A program made the translations under genes and the position numbers. From Candidatus Altimarinota bacterium (GTDB lineage: Bacteria; Patescibacteriota; Gracilibacteria; BD1-5; UBA2023): a stretch of 64,000 bases of DNA. The notes below the pieces were generated by a model that searched no databases, was not told the DNA's origin, and worked only from the letters and a program-made list of their open reading frames with translations. Location: positions 4,104 to 68,103 of the forward strand of contig JANOIH010000004.1 of NCBI GenBank assembly GCA_031407385.1, in the 5' to 3' direction. Positions 10,218-21,413 of this stretch are shown here, one piece after another (position 1 is the stretch's first letter; every line of letters starts with the position of its first letter).

Positions 10218-11163
10218 CGACATATCCCGAGATATCACCTCACATCTCTCTCCCGAGTCACGCACTCCCGAGATGGAGGAGCTGATCCGTGTCGTCTCTA
10301 CAGTGCGGCCACAGGTACACATCGATCGCACCTATCAGAAGGAGCTCCGATCTCGTCTCATGAGCAAGACGTCCAAGAGATATATATTCTCCCTTCCTAT
10401 CTGGACAGGAGTCGTCTCGACTGTATTCGCGGCACTCATATGAGTATTCGCCCTATCGAGTATCTGGACTCCCCGTGAGGTGAGCAACGAGATCGATCCT
10501 ATCAGCTCCATGATCTCCGATACCCCTCAGACGTCCAGTACGACTGCCACACTCTCACAGAGTGAGATGCCGACAGTACGTGATATCCCATGAGAGTCGC
10601 AGAAAATCCTACACTCAGAGATCGTCACTCAGTCTACGCCCAAGTCTCTGAGTACAACAGAGACAGATATGCCCACGCCTGATATGATGATGCGCAGTAC
10701 TGAAGCTACCCCAACTGATATATCAGTTCCCATCGAGTGAGCTGCTATGATGACATCTATAGCACCATCACCTACTCTGGATACGACGCCTCTCGATACC
10801 GAGATCACGGATATGATGTCAGAGATCAGCTCGATCATCCATCCTCCGACTGTGACTATCGTGATCCCACCGTATCCTCGCCAGATGACTCTCTATGAGC
10901 AGGGTGTCGCCTTCACTCCAGCGGAGATCAGTTCCCAGACTGGTACATCACTCACTGTCCGCACCGTCGATACGATCTCTGATACCGCTCTGCTCCGCAA
11001 AAAAATCACCGCACTCACAACATGAGATCAGATCGTATGAGAAGGTCAGGTGATCTATCAGGAATTCACACGATCAGGTATCCATACTCTCGTCCCAGTC
11101 CTATCATATACTCTCACATCAGAGAAGGTGATATCGGTGAGTCTGGTGGTAGGATATGAGTAG
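10201..11163 (+). CDS. Putative anti-sigma factor (single-pass membrane protein)
   Basis: Overlaps the sigma gene by 17 nt. One TM (IFSLPIWTGVVSTVFAALI) and a Thr/Ser/Pro-rich extracytoplasmic part. Frame checked open with 5 TGA. Assignment is by position only. Confidence 0.45.
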
Positions 11164-11279
11164 GAGAATATATGCCGAGGATCCTCTTCGCTAGGAGGGG
11201 ATTTTCTTTTGACAAAAGGAGAAACTGGATAGAATAATGGCAGTACTCAGAGGACTATTTACAACACTAGCACTCCAAT

Positions 11280-12155
11280 ATGACTGATAAGATCTCTATT
11301 CGTTTTTTCGACAATCGTGAAGTGCGTGCCATCTGGGATGAGACCAATTCCAAGTGGTGGTTCAGTGTGCTCGATATCGTAGCTGTCCTCACAGATCAGG
11401 ATGACTATGCCAAGACTCGCAACTACTGGAAATACCTCAAGGCCAAACTAAAAAAAGAAGAAAATCAAGTGGTGAGTGCTACTACCCAGTTCAAAATACT
11501 TGCACCAGATGGAAAAAGTCGTCTGGCTGATATGCTCGATTACGATGGCATTATTACTCTCGGCAAGACCTTCCCTGGGACGAAGGCTAATCGGTTTATC
11601 GAGTGGTTCACCTACAGTGACGAGAGTATCGACGGCAAGAGCAAGTCAAAAGCCTATGCACTCTTCGAGAGCTCACTGATAGACAATATCGAAGTCGGAA
11701 CCATCACAGGATTGCAACAGATCCATGCCTATCTCTTCGGTGGACTCTATGGCTTCGCTGGGCAGATCAGGCAGAAAAATATCTCAAAATGAGGTTTCCA
11801 ATTCGCAGTAGCTCAGCATCTCGATACAACGCTCAGAGGGATAGCAGAGATGCCAGAGGACACATTCGAGAATATAGCACAGAAGTATATCGAGATGAAC
11901 ATTGCTCATCCATTTATGGAGGGCAATGGACGCAGTGCTCGTATCTGGCTCGATCTCATGCTGAAGAAAAATATAGAAAAATGTATCGACTGGAGCAAGA
12001 TAGGGAAGGATGAATATATGCATGCCATGATCGAGAGTCCGTCAGAGAGTAAAGAGATCATACAACTCCTCAGAGATGCCCTCACTGATGAGATCCACAG
12101 CCGTGAGATGTATATGAAGTGAATCGATTATTCGTATTATTATGAGGAGAACTAG
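11280..12155 (+). CDS. Bro-N DNA-binding domain fused to Fic (AMPylase-type) domain
   Basis: N-terminus [32 protein letters not shown] (Bro-N-like). Fic motif [15 protein letters not shown] at 11790-11792 and 12120-12122. Stop TAG 12153-12155. Confidence 0.8.
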
Positions 12156-12245
12156 GTTATAGCAAAAAGCCTAAACACTCCTCACATAGACTTCGCATAA
12201 TACTCAGTTCTCCCACCATATCATATGGTGAGGTAACCATTTTGG

Positions 12246-12270
12246 GGCTCGCTTGCGAGCCTCTTTTTTT
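12246..12270 (+). terminator. Intrinsic terminator
   Basis: ggctcgc-tt-gcgagcc followed by tcttttttt. Confidence 0.55.
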
Positions 12271-12345
12271 ATGATTCATATATTCGCGAAGAAATAGTTG
12301 GAAAAAGTGGAGAAAATCATAGAATAGGGCAAACAGTAAAAAAAA

Positions 12346-13499
12346 GGCTTAATGAACAAAAGTTGGTAGGTTTTTCATCTCAATTTACTCCTTCCAAAGA
12401 AGACTCAGTGCTAAACTGAGTCTTCTTTCTTTAGTGAGTCCACGATGAAGTTTTACCTTTGGTTTAAGATGAGAGAATATTCACTCTATTCGGTTACTCG
12501 TATTGATGATAGGATTCTTAAGTACAGAATGGTTCTTCTGTAGTGTTTGGATGAAATCCAAACACACGAAAAGCTGATCTCTACTTCTCACGAGTGAGTT
12601 ATATGCAAGATGCAATCGCGGGTGAATATACTTATCTTTGAGAGTTTTAGTGTCCAATTCTTGTTGCCTGAAGTCTGCATCATATTTTTTTCTGAACTCT
12701 GTGAGTTGTCACAAAAATGTAGATCTATCTGTATTTACCATTCCATGTGTTATCTCTTTGAGTTTTTTGTAGGATTCTATTCTGGGATATTTGAGGAGGT
12801 ATCTATCTATAGTAGCTATCTTGTGTGCTTGGCAGAGTTGTATTGGTAATCCATGGTAGTATTTGTGTATGGCAGTATCTATACCATTTCTTCCATCGAT
12901 CACTGCAAAGTGAGGATATGGATACCCGCCACGAGAGAGATAATGAAGGAGTACTTCGTAATCTTCTTTTGTTTCCTGAAGGATATGCTTGGATGCGAGT
13001 ATATCTCCAGTAATACCATCTATGGCTACAAGAAGTCACCACTGAGTATCTGAACCCTTTCGTCCGAAGAATGTGGCATCGAGGATGAGGACTGATGAAA
13101 CATATGAATCCAAAAGCGGATTGAGACGAATGTTGTGTTGCTCTTTGGATACTACTATCTTTCCTCTGAAGATAGTAGTCAGTTTTCTATGTATTGTTTT
13201 GATCGATACTCAAGCATCATTTGCAAGTTCAGCAAGGGTTTGCTTGTGGAGAGAATAAGAGAGGAAGAGTTGATGATTTTCTTGTATTTTTACCCCAGAT
13301 ACTCTTCTGGAACTCCGAAAGATATAATTACAATTCATACACTTATACCGTTGTCTTCAATCCATTTTACCAAACTTCTGAATCGATTTTCCCTGACATT
13401 TCTTACAGATTTTAATCATAAAAATAAAATAGAGAGGATAAACCTCTCTATTATGCGGAAAACTCAAGAAAAAACCTACCAGGAAATGTCCATTAAGCC
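12346..13499 (-). mobile_element. IS1595-like insertion sequence (1,154 bp)
   Basis: Imperfect ~30-bp terminal inverted repeats: ggcttaatgaac...ggtaggttttt (12346-12375) versus the reverse complement of 13470-13499. Flanked by A8/A7 runs, a possible 8-bp target duplication. Single transposase ORF. Confidence 0.75.
12385..13419 (-). CDS. DDE transposase with N-terminal zinc ribbon (IS1595/IS1-like)
   Basis: CKKCQG...RYKCMNC zinc ribbon; LDATFFGR, VIDGRNG and TSNRIE-G-IFSHLK motifs. 344 aa. Frame checked open with 5 in-frame TGA. Confidence 0.8.
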
Positions 13500-13529
13500 A
13501 CAAAAAATCCCCTTCGGAGGAAGAGGGGA
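13500..13529 (-). terminator. Intrinsic terminator of the R-M gene
   Basis: atcccct-N10-aggggat. The T-run on the minus strand is where the IS is inserted. Confidence 0.6.
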
Positions 13530-13548
13530 TATATAGATAGATGATAGA

Positions 13549-16500
13549 TTAGAGATATTTCTTCAGGATTGCCTCTTTCTGAGCTGGGATATTCGCGAGT
13601 TCTGATTCGAGTACAGAGATCTCTACATCTATCTGCTCGATCTCTGTGACTATACGCTGTTGTTCTGAGAGAAGAGGAAGTGGGATTTCAAAAGATGAAT
13701 ATTGTTGAGCATTGATATTTGGCTGAGCTGTTCCAGCTCTATTGTTCAATACCCAATTCTTATAGTAATCAGCTTTTAGTATAAAATTCAGAAAACTCGC
13801 ATCAAGAATATCTTCTTTGGTTCTAAATCGAATTAGATATCCTGCATATAATGCTTTGCCGAATTCTTCCCTATAGAAGAATGTCTTTCCTGCTGTTGCT
13901 CATGATCGTGCAAACAAAAAATCTCCATCACTTAGTATATATTTTTCTGCCACTGTTTCTGCTGTTTTCCATTCATTATTGAGCTTCCCACTATCGTTTA
14001 TATCTGTGATTCTGATATATCGATAATCTTTTTCTGGATTTCATTCTGTGGCACTTTCATTGGCTCCATACATTGGTTCGTGACATACCACACCAAGTTT
14101 GCAAAGATTATATTGTCCATAATAGCCATTAGCCCTCTTAACGATATCAGACTTATGTACTCCTAATTTCTCCTTGTTCTTAGCCTCTTTCTTCTCTAGT
14201 ATCTCCATCTCATCGATGATCTGTTGTTGTGTATCGAGAGATGGGAGTGGGATTTTGATATTTGATAAATCCTCACCATATACATGAGGCTGTGCCTGTC
14301 ATCTCTGCAATCCATATACCTCTGACTGAACTGTTTTCAGAAAAAGAGATATCAACTTTGTTGATATTATCGACTCATCTTTCGACTGTACTGTATTGCA
14401 ATCTGATGCAAAAATAGGAGTCGTGAAATAGTTCACAAAACCTGCATATGCACCTGATGCACTTATTGTGATAATATCACCTGTTCGATTGGACTCATTA
14501 TGAAAATAAGCTTCTTGTTGTCCTCATGCAATGACAGGAATAATTCAATCTTTGATTTTATCCTTTGTTATTGAAGTTCATTTCCATATCTTAGCGACTT
14601 CTCCGAGGGAGACTAATTTATTACTTTTCCAGATATCCTCATATTTAACTTTTTTTTTTACGGAAAGTGATATCGTTTTCTCAAACTCAGCTCGATCGAG
14701 CGTGAGCATATCGACGAGACTAACATGAGATATATACTGCTCTAGACTCGCAACTATAGGTCGATCATGGCGACCTGAGAATGCATCGAGGATATATGTA
14801 TTGACTCGCTCAGGACTCTCTACATCGGCAGGATCGAATAGGAGTGTACACTCATCGATCGTCTTGCCACGACGGATCGGATGGATACCCTCATCTCACT
14901 TGCGGTTCGAGAACTCATATCCGAGGAAATTTTTCTCATCTTGCTTGTCTCCGCTCTTCACAAGGACGATCTCTTGTCCGTATGCGAGGATATAGTAGAG
15001 TATCTTCTCTCGTTCAAGAGTGATGACCTGAGCGAGCCAGTCCTTTGGATTTTTGGATCTTATCTTTTTCTGGTAGTCGGTGTATATTTCATGGCTCTGC
15101 ATAGCCTCACTCGGCTCTCCAGATATGAGGCTGATATAGTCATCGAGCGATATCGTCTGCCAGACATGAGAGACATATTTCGAAATCCCATTTTCGAGGA
15201 CAGTATTATTTGTGAAGTTTGTCTTGATATTGATATCCTTATGATTCTGGAAAAAGTTCTTAATTCCAGTTTCGATACTTTCAAAATCATAGTTGCTCCG
15301 TCTCCTCAAGAATAATATCACTGTATTCGTCCCTGTTGCCATGAATGTCCCACTCCCGAGCTCGACGATCGCGACGAACTCAAAATACTTAAGAAGTATC
15401 TCACGAGTCTTGGTATATATGCCACCATTGGATAATATACTCGATGGGAGGATGATCGCAGCGATACCTCACTCTGCGAGGAGCTGCTTGGTCCGCTCGA
15501 TGAAGAGACTCTCTATCTGTGAGCTCTGATCCGTGAGGGCATCATAGAGGACGAAGTCTTTGTCTGCGGAGCGATTTTTCAAATTCCCTTTGCAAGCCGA
15601 TACGCTATACGGAGGATTGGAGAGAACAAAGTCAAATTGCCCGTTATCCTGAGTTCCTGGGATTATTTTTTTGAGCTTCTTCGAATAACTATCTGAATGC
15701 GTGAAACTATCGAGTCCGTCACCATGGATGACATTGGCGATACCATCACCATGGAGATAACACCCAACCTTGGTCGTCTTCACCAGACGATAGTCGAGCT
15801 CGACACCATAGATATACTCATACGCCCACTTGAACCCATGTCTTTGCCAGTCCTCGAGCTCTTGTCCTGCTGACCGAGGGAAATCCTTGACCTCTAGTGT
15901 CTGGATGATATTCTGGAGCTCTTCCATCGACTCAGTGAGGAAGTGTCCGCTCCCTGCAGCGTAGTCGATGATATTCGGGAGGAGCTCACCTCTGGCTCCT
16001 GACTTGAGTTTCTTCTCAGTGATCTGACGCATCGGGATACTCTTGCAGATGAATCTCGCGATCGGTACAGGGGTGAAGAATTGTCCTGCCTCTTGCTTGA
16101 GTCCTGTTGTGAGCAGGAGCTCGAAAAAGTCACCTAAAAATGGTTGTTTTTTTGCATAGCGAAACCTGTATCCCTGGAGAAGTTCGACTACTTCTTTGAG
16201 GACTTTTGCATTTTCTTCAAATGTCTCTTCATCGAATACTTCTTTGATAGCGAACTCGTTGTTCTTCTGGAGACGGATACGAGTGAATTCTCTGAGAATA
16301 TCTTGTTTGATCTTCTCATCAGTGATAGCCATACCGAACTTCCGATGGAAATCATCATCAGAAAGATCACTGATATCTTTTTCGAGAAAATCCTTCATTC
16401 CCTTCTTATAGAGGTCTGAGAGTCTCTTCTGAAATGATATCGAGTCATCTTCTCCTTCCTTCCACTGAAAATCTACTTCCTCGTCTTCGTCGGTACGATC

Positions 16501-17286
16501 TTCGTCTTTGATCTTGCAGAGAAAGAGTGTGAATATCTTATTGAATGCATTTGGCTTGTCAGATACAGCATTGTGACGGAGGATCTCGAGGAATCGATTG
16601 AAGATAAAAGAGCTATCCTCTTGTCGGATCTCTGCGAGATTGCCGAGGGAAAGTGCCTTGCTCTGGAAGTCATACGCTCGAGTCCAAGGCTCGAATATAC
16701 CATTCTGCTTGGAAAACTTGTTCCATCTATTGTAGAGATCCTCGGTATTGCTCGCCATCTGCCGATAGTCCTCTTCTACCTTGATGATCTCATTACGATA
16801 TTGTATTTCTTTGCCGTCGAACTGTGACGCATAGAGTACGAGGAACTCTGCACTACGATCTTGCTGAAGATATGAGAGGAGTTGTCCTCACTTTTTCTGA
16901 GTATTGAGCCATTCTTTATCGAACTCTCGTCCCCAGGTTTTGCACTCGATCATGAGATATGCCTGACCATCTCGACGGACAAGGATATCGAGCCATCCTC
17001 CTGCTGCACCATGTCCGACAGTGAATTTTTTCTCTAGAACGATATCTTCGGGACGATATCCCTTCTCAAGCAAACGATTCACGCACTCGAGTACAACCCA
17101 GTTCTCTTCTTGGGAAAAGTTGCGAGTCGTATCTCGTTCTGACTTGATCCGTTTGTTATAATCGATAGTTTCTTTTTCAAAATCTACTTCAATAGTATAA
17201 TTATCAAAAGATGTGAACTTCTTCACAAAAATCCCCGTAGTATTCTCTTTCGGTGTGAAACCAAGCTGTATGACGAATTTTTTCAT
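13549..17286 (-). CDS. Single-polypeptide restriction-modification-specificity enzyme (Type IIB/IIG, AloI/CjeI-like architecture), 1,245 aa
   Basis: One frame free of TAA/TAG for 3,738 nt, with 9 TGA. N-terminal PD-(D/E)xK-like GGWLDILV...LMIECK. gamma-N6A methyltransferase motifs FFTPVPIA, IIDYAAGSGHFL and LSNPPYS. C-terminal HsdS-like part has two TRDs and two conserved helices (LPSLDTQQQIIDEM, LPLLSEQQRIVTEIE). Confidence 0.8.
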
Positions 17287-17368
17287 ATAATGGAGTATAT
17301 GAATATGCTACAATAGTTCAAAAGAAAATGTATTCCGAAGTATACAACAATATGTATAATCTGTATAC

Positions 17369-17404
17369 AAAAAAATCTCCCTCTATTTCTAGAGAGAGAT
17401 TTTC
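17369..17404 (-). terminator. Intrinsic terminator downstream of the tRNA pair
   Basis: Minus-strand reading: gaaaatctctctctagaaatagagggagattttttt. Confidence 0.5.
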
Positions 17405-17420
17405 GCATATAGAGTATATA

Positions 17421-17496
17421 TGGTGGGCCCACCTGGACTTGAACCAGGGACCAATCGGTTATGAGCCGACTGCTCTAACCACTGAGCTATAGGCCC
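17421..17496 (-). tRNA. tRNA with CAU anticodon, most similar to tRNA-Ile2 (lysidine type); could be elongator Met
   Basis: Cloverleaf GGGCCTA/TGGGCCC, anticodon loop CTCATAA, encoded CCA. D and T arms resemble E. coli ileX. Confidence 0.85.
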
Positions 17497-17517
17497 GTTT
17501 TTTGAAGATCTGAAACA

Positions 17518-17610
17518 TGGCGGTGGATGAGGGATTCGAACCCTCGCGGCACCTTGCGGCACCCTACAGGTTTAGCAAACCCGCCTCTTCAGCCACTTGA
17601 GTAACCCACC
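17518..17610 (-). tRNA. tRNA-Ser (GCU)
   Basis: Anticodon loop TTGCTAA, long variable arm, encoded CCA. Confidence 0.85.
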
Positions 17611-17656
17611 GTGTGCGCGGATTATAGAAATAATCCGCGAAAATGCAAAAGAATTT

Positions 17657-19528
17657 TTACTGAACTACAACCACTACCTTCGGCTCCTTCCCTGCCTCAT
17701 GCAACATCACATCACATGCCTTGCGCTCGAGGTATTGGGAGAAGGCCATAGCATCCTTGAATCCTGAGAGATCCTTGAGTACTGAGTGTACACACTCATC
17801 GAGAGACTTCTCGAGTCCTGGCACAGTGGCGACTGGGGGAAGACCAACGGTATCGTACTTGATATGATAGCCGGTTGTCTTCTTCGAGATACCGATGACG
17901 AGGACTCCCTGAGAGGAGATCTGGTAGCGATCATGGAGCTCTTGCTCCTGAGTATAGCCGACCATACGACCATCGATGGTGATGAGCTTCTTCGAGACGT
18001 ACTGATCCGTCTCGCGCATCTCAGTCGCGGTGAACTCGAGGAGTTTTCCGTTACGCAGGATTGGGACGTTTGCTTTTGCGTAGCCGAGGTCATACGCGTT
18101 CCGTGCGTTCCCACGCAGCATATGAGGGAATCCATAGACAGGTACGTAATACTCTGGCTGGAGCATGGTGATCATCTTCTTGGTATCCTCTTCCTTCGCA
18201 TGTCCACCCGCGTGGATCTCGGACTCCTTGTAGTGGTGGATGCGTGGACCCTGCTGTGTGATGAGGTCGAAGAGTCCCTGTACGGCACGCTCGTTCCCCG
18301 GGATCACAGATGATGAGAATATGATCGCATCGTTCGGCTTCAGAGTCGTATCCTTGGATTCACCCGTGACGATACGCATGAGAGCCGCATAGCGCTCACC
18401 CTGCGCACCTGTACAACAGATAGTCACTTCGTTGTCTGGGAGCTTGGCCGCCTGTTCCATACTGATGATCGTCCCTGGTTGCGGTCGGACGTATCCGAGC
18501 TTGATGGCGATATCTATATAGTTGTTCATCGAGCGACCGAGAAGGACAACCTTGCGGTTGTACTTCTCAGAGGTCGAGATGATGAGCATAACACGATCGA
18601 TGATAGAAGAAAAGGTTGCCGTGATCACGCGACCTGGTGACTTCTCAAAAATCTCTTCGATCGAGTGGATAACTGCAGACTCCGAGATAGAAGAACCGAG
18701 GAGATGCGCATTCGTCGAGTCAGAGAAGAGTCCACGGACTCCACGCTTCCCGAGGGCTTCGATCCACTCATAGTTCGTCGATGGACGATTCGGGAGTGGA
18801 GTCTTATCGAACTTCCAGTCACCAGTATGGACGAATCGACCTACTGGCGTCTCGATGAGGAGACCGACTGAGTCAGGGATCGAGTGATCCACGACGAATG
18901 GAGTCACTTGGAAGTGCTTGCCCATCTGGACTGGACGATAGCGGACATACTCGGAGAGGTTCGTGAGAGTTGCCTTCATATCTCCTTGCTTCATCTTGAT
19001 GAGCTCGTATGCCATCGCGGTCGCATGGATCGGAGTATTGCGTCCGAGTTGTTCCATGAGGTAGTAGATCGCACCGATATGATCGATATGACCGTGGGTG
19101 ATACAGGTTCCCACGATCTTCTTCCCACGACAGTAGGTGAGATCTGGGATCGAACAGTTGATACCGTACTGGTACTGATCAGCGAACTGGAGACCCATAT
19201 CGATGATGAGCATCTCATCTTCGTATTCGAATCCCATACAGTTCAGACCGACTTGCTCAGTTCCACCGAACGGGATCACACGAAGTGTCCCCTTCTCGAG
19301 TGGCTTCGCTCGCTCCTCTGGGATATGGAGGAACTTCCTGAGTGCCTGAGTTGGCGTGAGGAATGGATATGACCTCTTCGGTCGGAAGCTATCCTCGAAG
19401 ACAAAAGAGTCACCAGGACGAAGGTTAGGGTTGATGTTTTTTCATGAGTCAAAGAAATTCCGGAATCCCGGTTTTCTCTCTCATTGTGGAGCAGTTCCAC
19501 TATTACTCTGGAAGCGTTTGTTACGCAT
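17657..19528 (-). CDS. rnj: Ribonuclease J (active MBL/beta-CASP enzyme)
   Basis: LRVIPFGG, CITHGHIDHIGAIYYL and beta-CASP/C-terminal domains. The 83-aa basic N-terminal extension is readable across two TGA. ATG 19526-19528. Confidence 0.9.
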
Positions 19529-19743
19529 AGGTTATATTGGTTATAGTATTATTAAAAGTTTGATTGTTTTTTGGTTTCTTTTGCTTCTTTCTTTGTATGA
19601 GTTTTATAATTCTGCTCTTACTTGTTTCTTGTCGAAGAGAGTGAACTCAGCGGGGTTTGGGGGAAGGAACTGTTTGGGTCGGATGAGAAAAAGAAAAAAG
19701 ATGAGCGAAGCGTTCCGAGTTTTTCTTCCCCCAATGCTTTTGA

Positions 19744-19763
19744 TACTTTTGGCACCAAAAGTA
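19744..19763. repeat. Hairpin repeat TACTTTTGG-NN-CCAAAAGTA (copy 1 of 3)
   Basis: Near-identical hairpins at 19744-19763, 41021-41040 and 62659-62679, each inside a larger mosaic intergenic repeat. Confidence 0.6.
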
Positions 19764-19825
19764 TGGAGAATGGTGTTAGAAATTAGCAAAACATGGATTG
19801 CTTCGTACCTCGCGGGTGACGGCGA

Positions 19826-21187
19826 CTATCTCTCGATCACGATCGGCATGACGACAGGAGTGCGACCAGTGAGGAGATAACAGTACTTGGTGATCTCGCG
19901 GCGCAGTGCCTGGACGAGAGTTCCACGATCCGTCTTCGGATTCTCAGTAATGATCTTCTCATAGGTGAGGCGGATCCCCTTCAGGATCTCCTTGTGTACC
20001 GCCATCATCTCATGTGAGTGGACGAATCCTCGTGAGTCGATAAATATGTGTCCAGCAATAGTGCGGGCACGCATATCTTCTTCGAGGGTGAATATGAGAA
20101 CTCCACTCTCAGAGAGCTGCTCACGATCACCGAGAGTATATCCGGCAACCACTCCGATCGAGTTCTTATCGAGAAAAAATGTATCGAATGTGAACTTCAG
20201 ACTATGACGAGTCATATCTGCTCCACGCAATGAGAGGATCTCTCCAGCCTCGATACGATCAGCACCGAGAGTATATCCGTCTGGTGTGCGGGCAAAAACA
20301 ATCGCTGAATCAGAGATCGTCCCTGAGAGAGGAAGATGAGAGAATACGATCTCTGTCGTTCCTGACTGGAGTGTGAGAGCACCTGCAGACTCGAAGGAAA
20401 GTGTCCCGAGTGTACGGCTACTCGTCCCATCAGCAAAGAGCTCAAAGAATCGGCACTGATCAAGAAACTCTGTGTCTGTTATGCTATTGCGGAACTTCGC
20501 GATAATATCACGAGTCGCATATATAGGAGGAAATCCGATGCCAGGCAGGATCGTCTGGAATGGACGAACATCGATACTGCCGTCCATGAGGATCCATGCC
20601 GAGAGTCGAGATGACTCTGATGCCACGAGCCGCATATCAGGGAATGTGACATACTCTTGGCCGAATCGGTTCATCGTACCAAACCCTGAACCCACGAGCA
20701 CTGTCGTATCATCACGAGTGATGAGGATCAGTGGATCGAGGGTCTCGACTGGAGAGAGTACTGTAAGACGAGTGACAGACATATCGTCTTCGCGAGGAAG
20801 AAAAGAAGACTTCATCCCGTCGATGAGACGACGAAGTGCCGGAGTCGTCGGTGCCTCTGGGGCAGTAGTTGCTCGCTGAACTGGGCGCTCGGCTCGCTCG
20901 ATCTGGGGCCTCGGTGCGCGCATCTCGGGACGAGGTGCATCGACAGGAGGACGAGGAGTAAAGACACGTGGTTCACGTGCTTCTACAGGACGTGAAACCT
21001 GAGGACGAGGTGCAGGTGTGCGCACAGGCGGACGTGCTGTACCAGGTGCATCGAGATCTCAGAAGTCATCAGTTCGCATCACACGAGCACTAGGCTCATC
21101 GGTGGGAGTAGTGGGAGTATGTGGAGTCCGAGAGTTCGAAGTCGCACCAAAAGCTATATCATGGCTATCGCCAAAAATATGATCCAT
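19826..21187 (-). CDS. RNase J paralog lacking the HxHxDH metal site (probable pseudo-enzyme) with Pro/Arg-rich N-terminus
   Basis: C-terminal part aligns to RNase J (SRGFVHSHEMM...TGRTPVVMPIVIE). The position of ITHGHxDHIG reads ILMDGSIDVRPF. Start uncertain: ATG 21185-21187, alternatives 21079 or GTG 21025. Confidence 0.7.
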
Positions 21188-21413
21188 AAAAAAGAAAAAT
21201 ATAAGGAGAAACAGTTTCCTCGGAGTGAGGACATATTTCCAGAATGTAAAATATCTATAAGAGATCACTCCACGTACCTTGGGAGGAATTCGAGATATAT
21301 ATGAGGAATCCTCACAACTCACTATCTTCTCTAAGAAAACACTGAGCTAGGGGGATATGGTGCACCTATAATATACCCACTTGTACCGTTCAACTTTTCG
21401 ATGAGTATATCGA

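Noticed and set aside
13549-16758. A classical Type I system with separate hsdM and hsdS genes
   Set aside because: The supposed gene boundaries are in-frame TGA codons with no intervening TAA/TAG or restart signals. The N-terminal nuclease-like fragment (16888-17286) is in the same frame, giving one fused protein.
21188-21322. Further 5' extension of the RNase J paralog (MSCEDSSYISRIPPKV…FLLIFFFF)
   Set aside because: It is in frame but implausible in composition and overlaps an AT-rich promoter-like region. The ATG at 21185-21187 or a later start is preferred.
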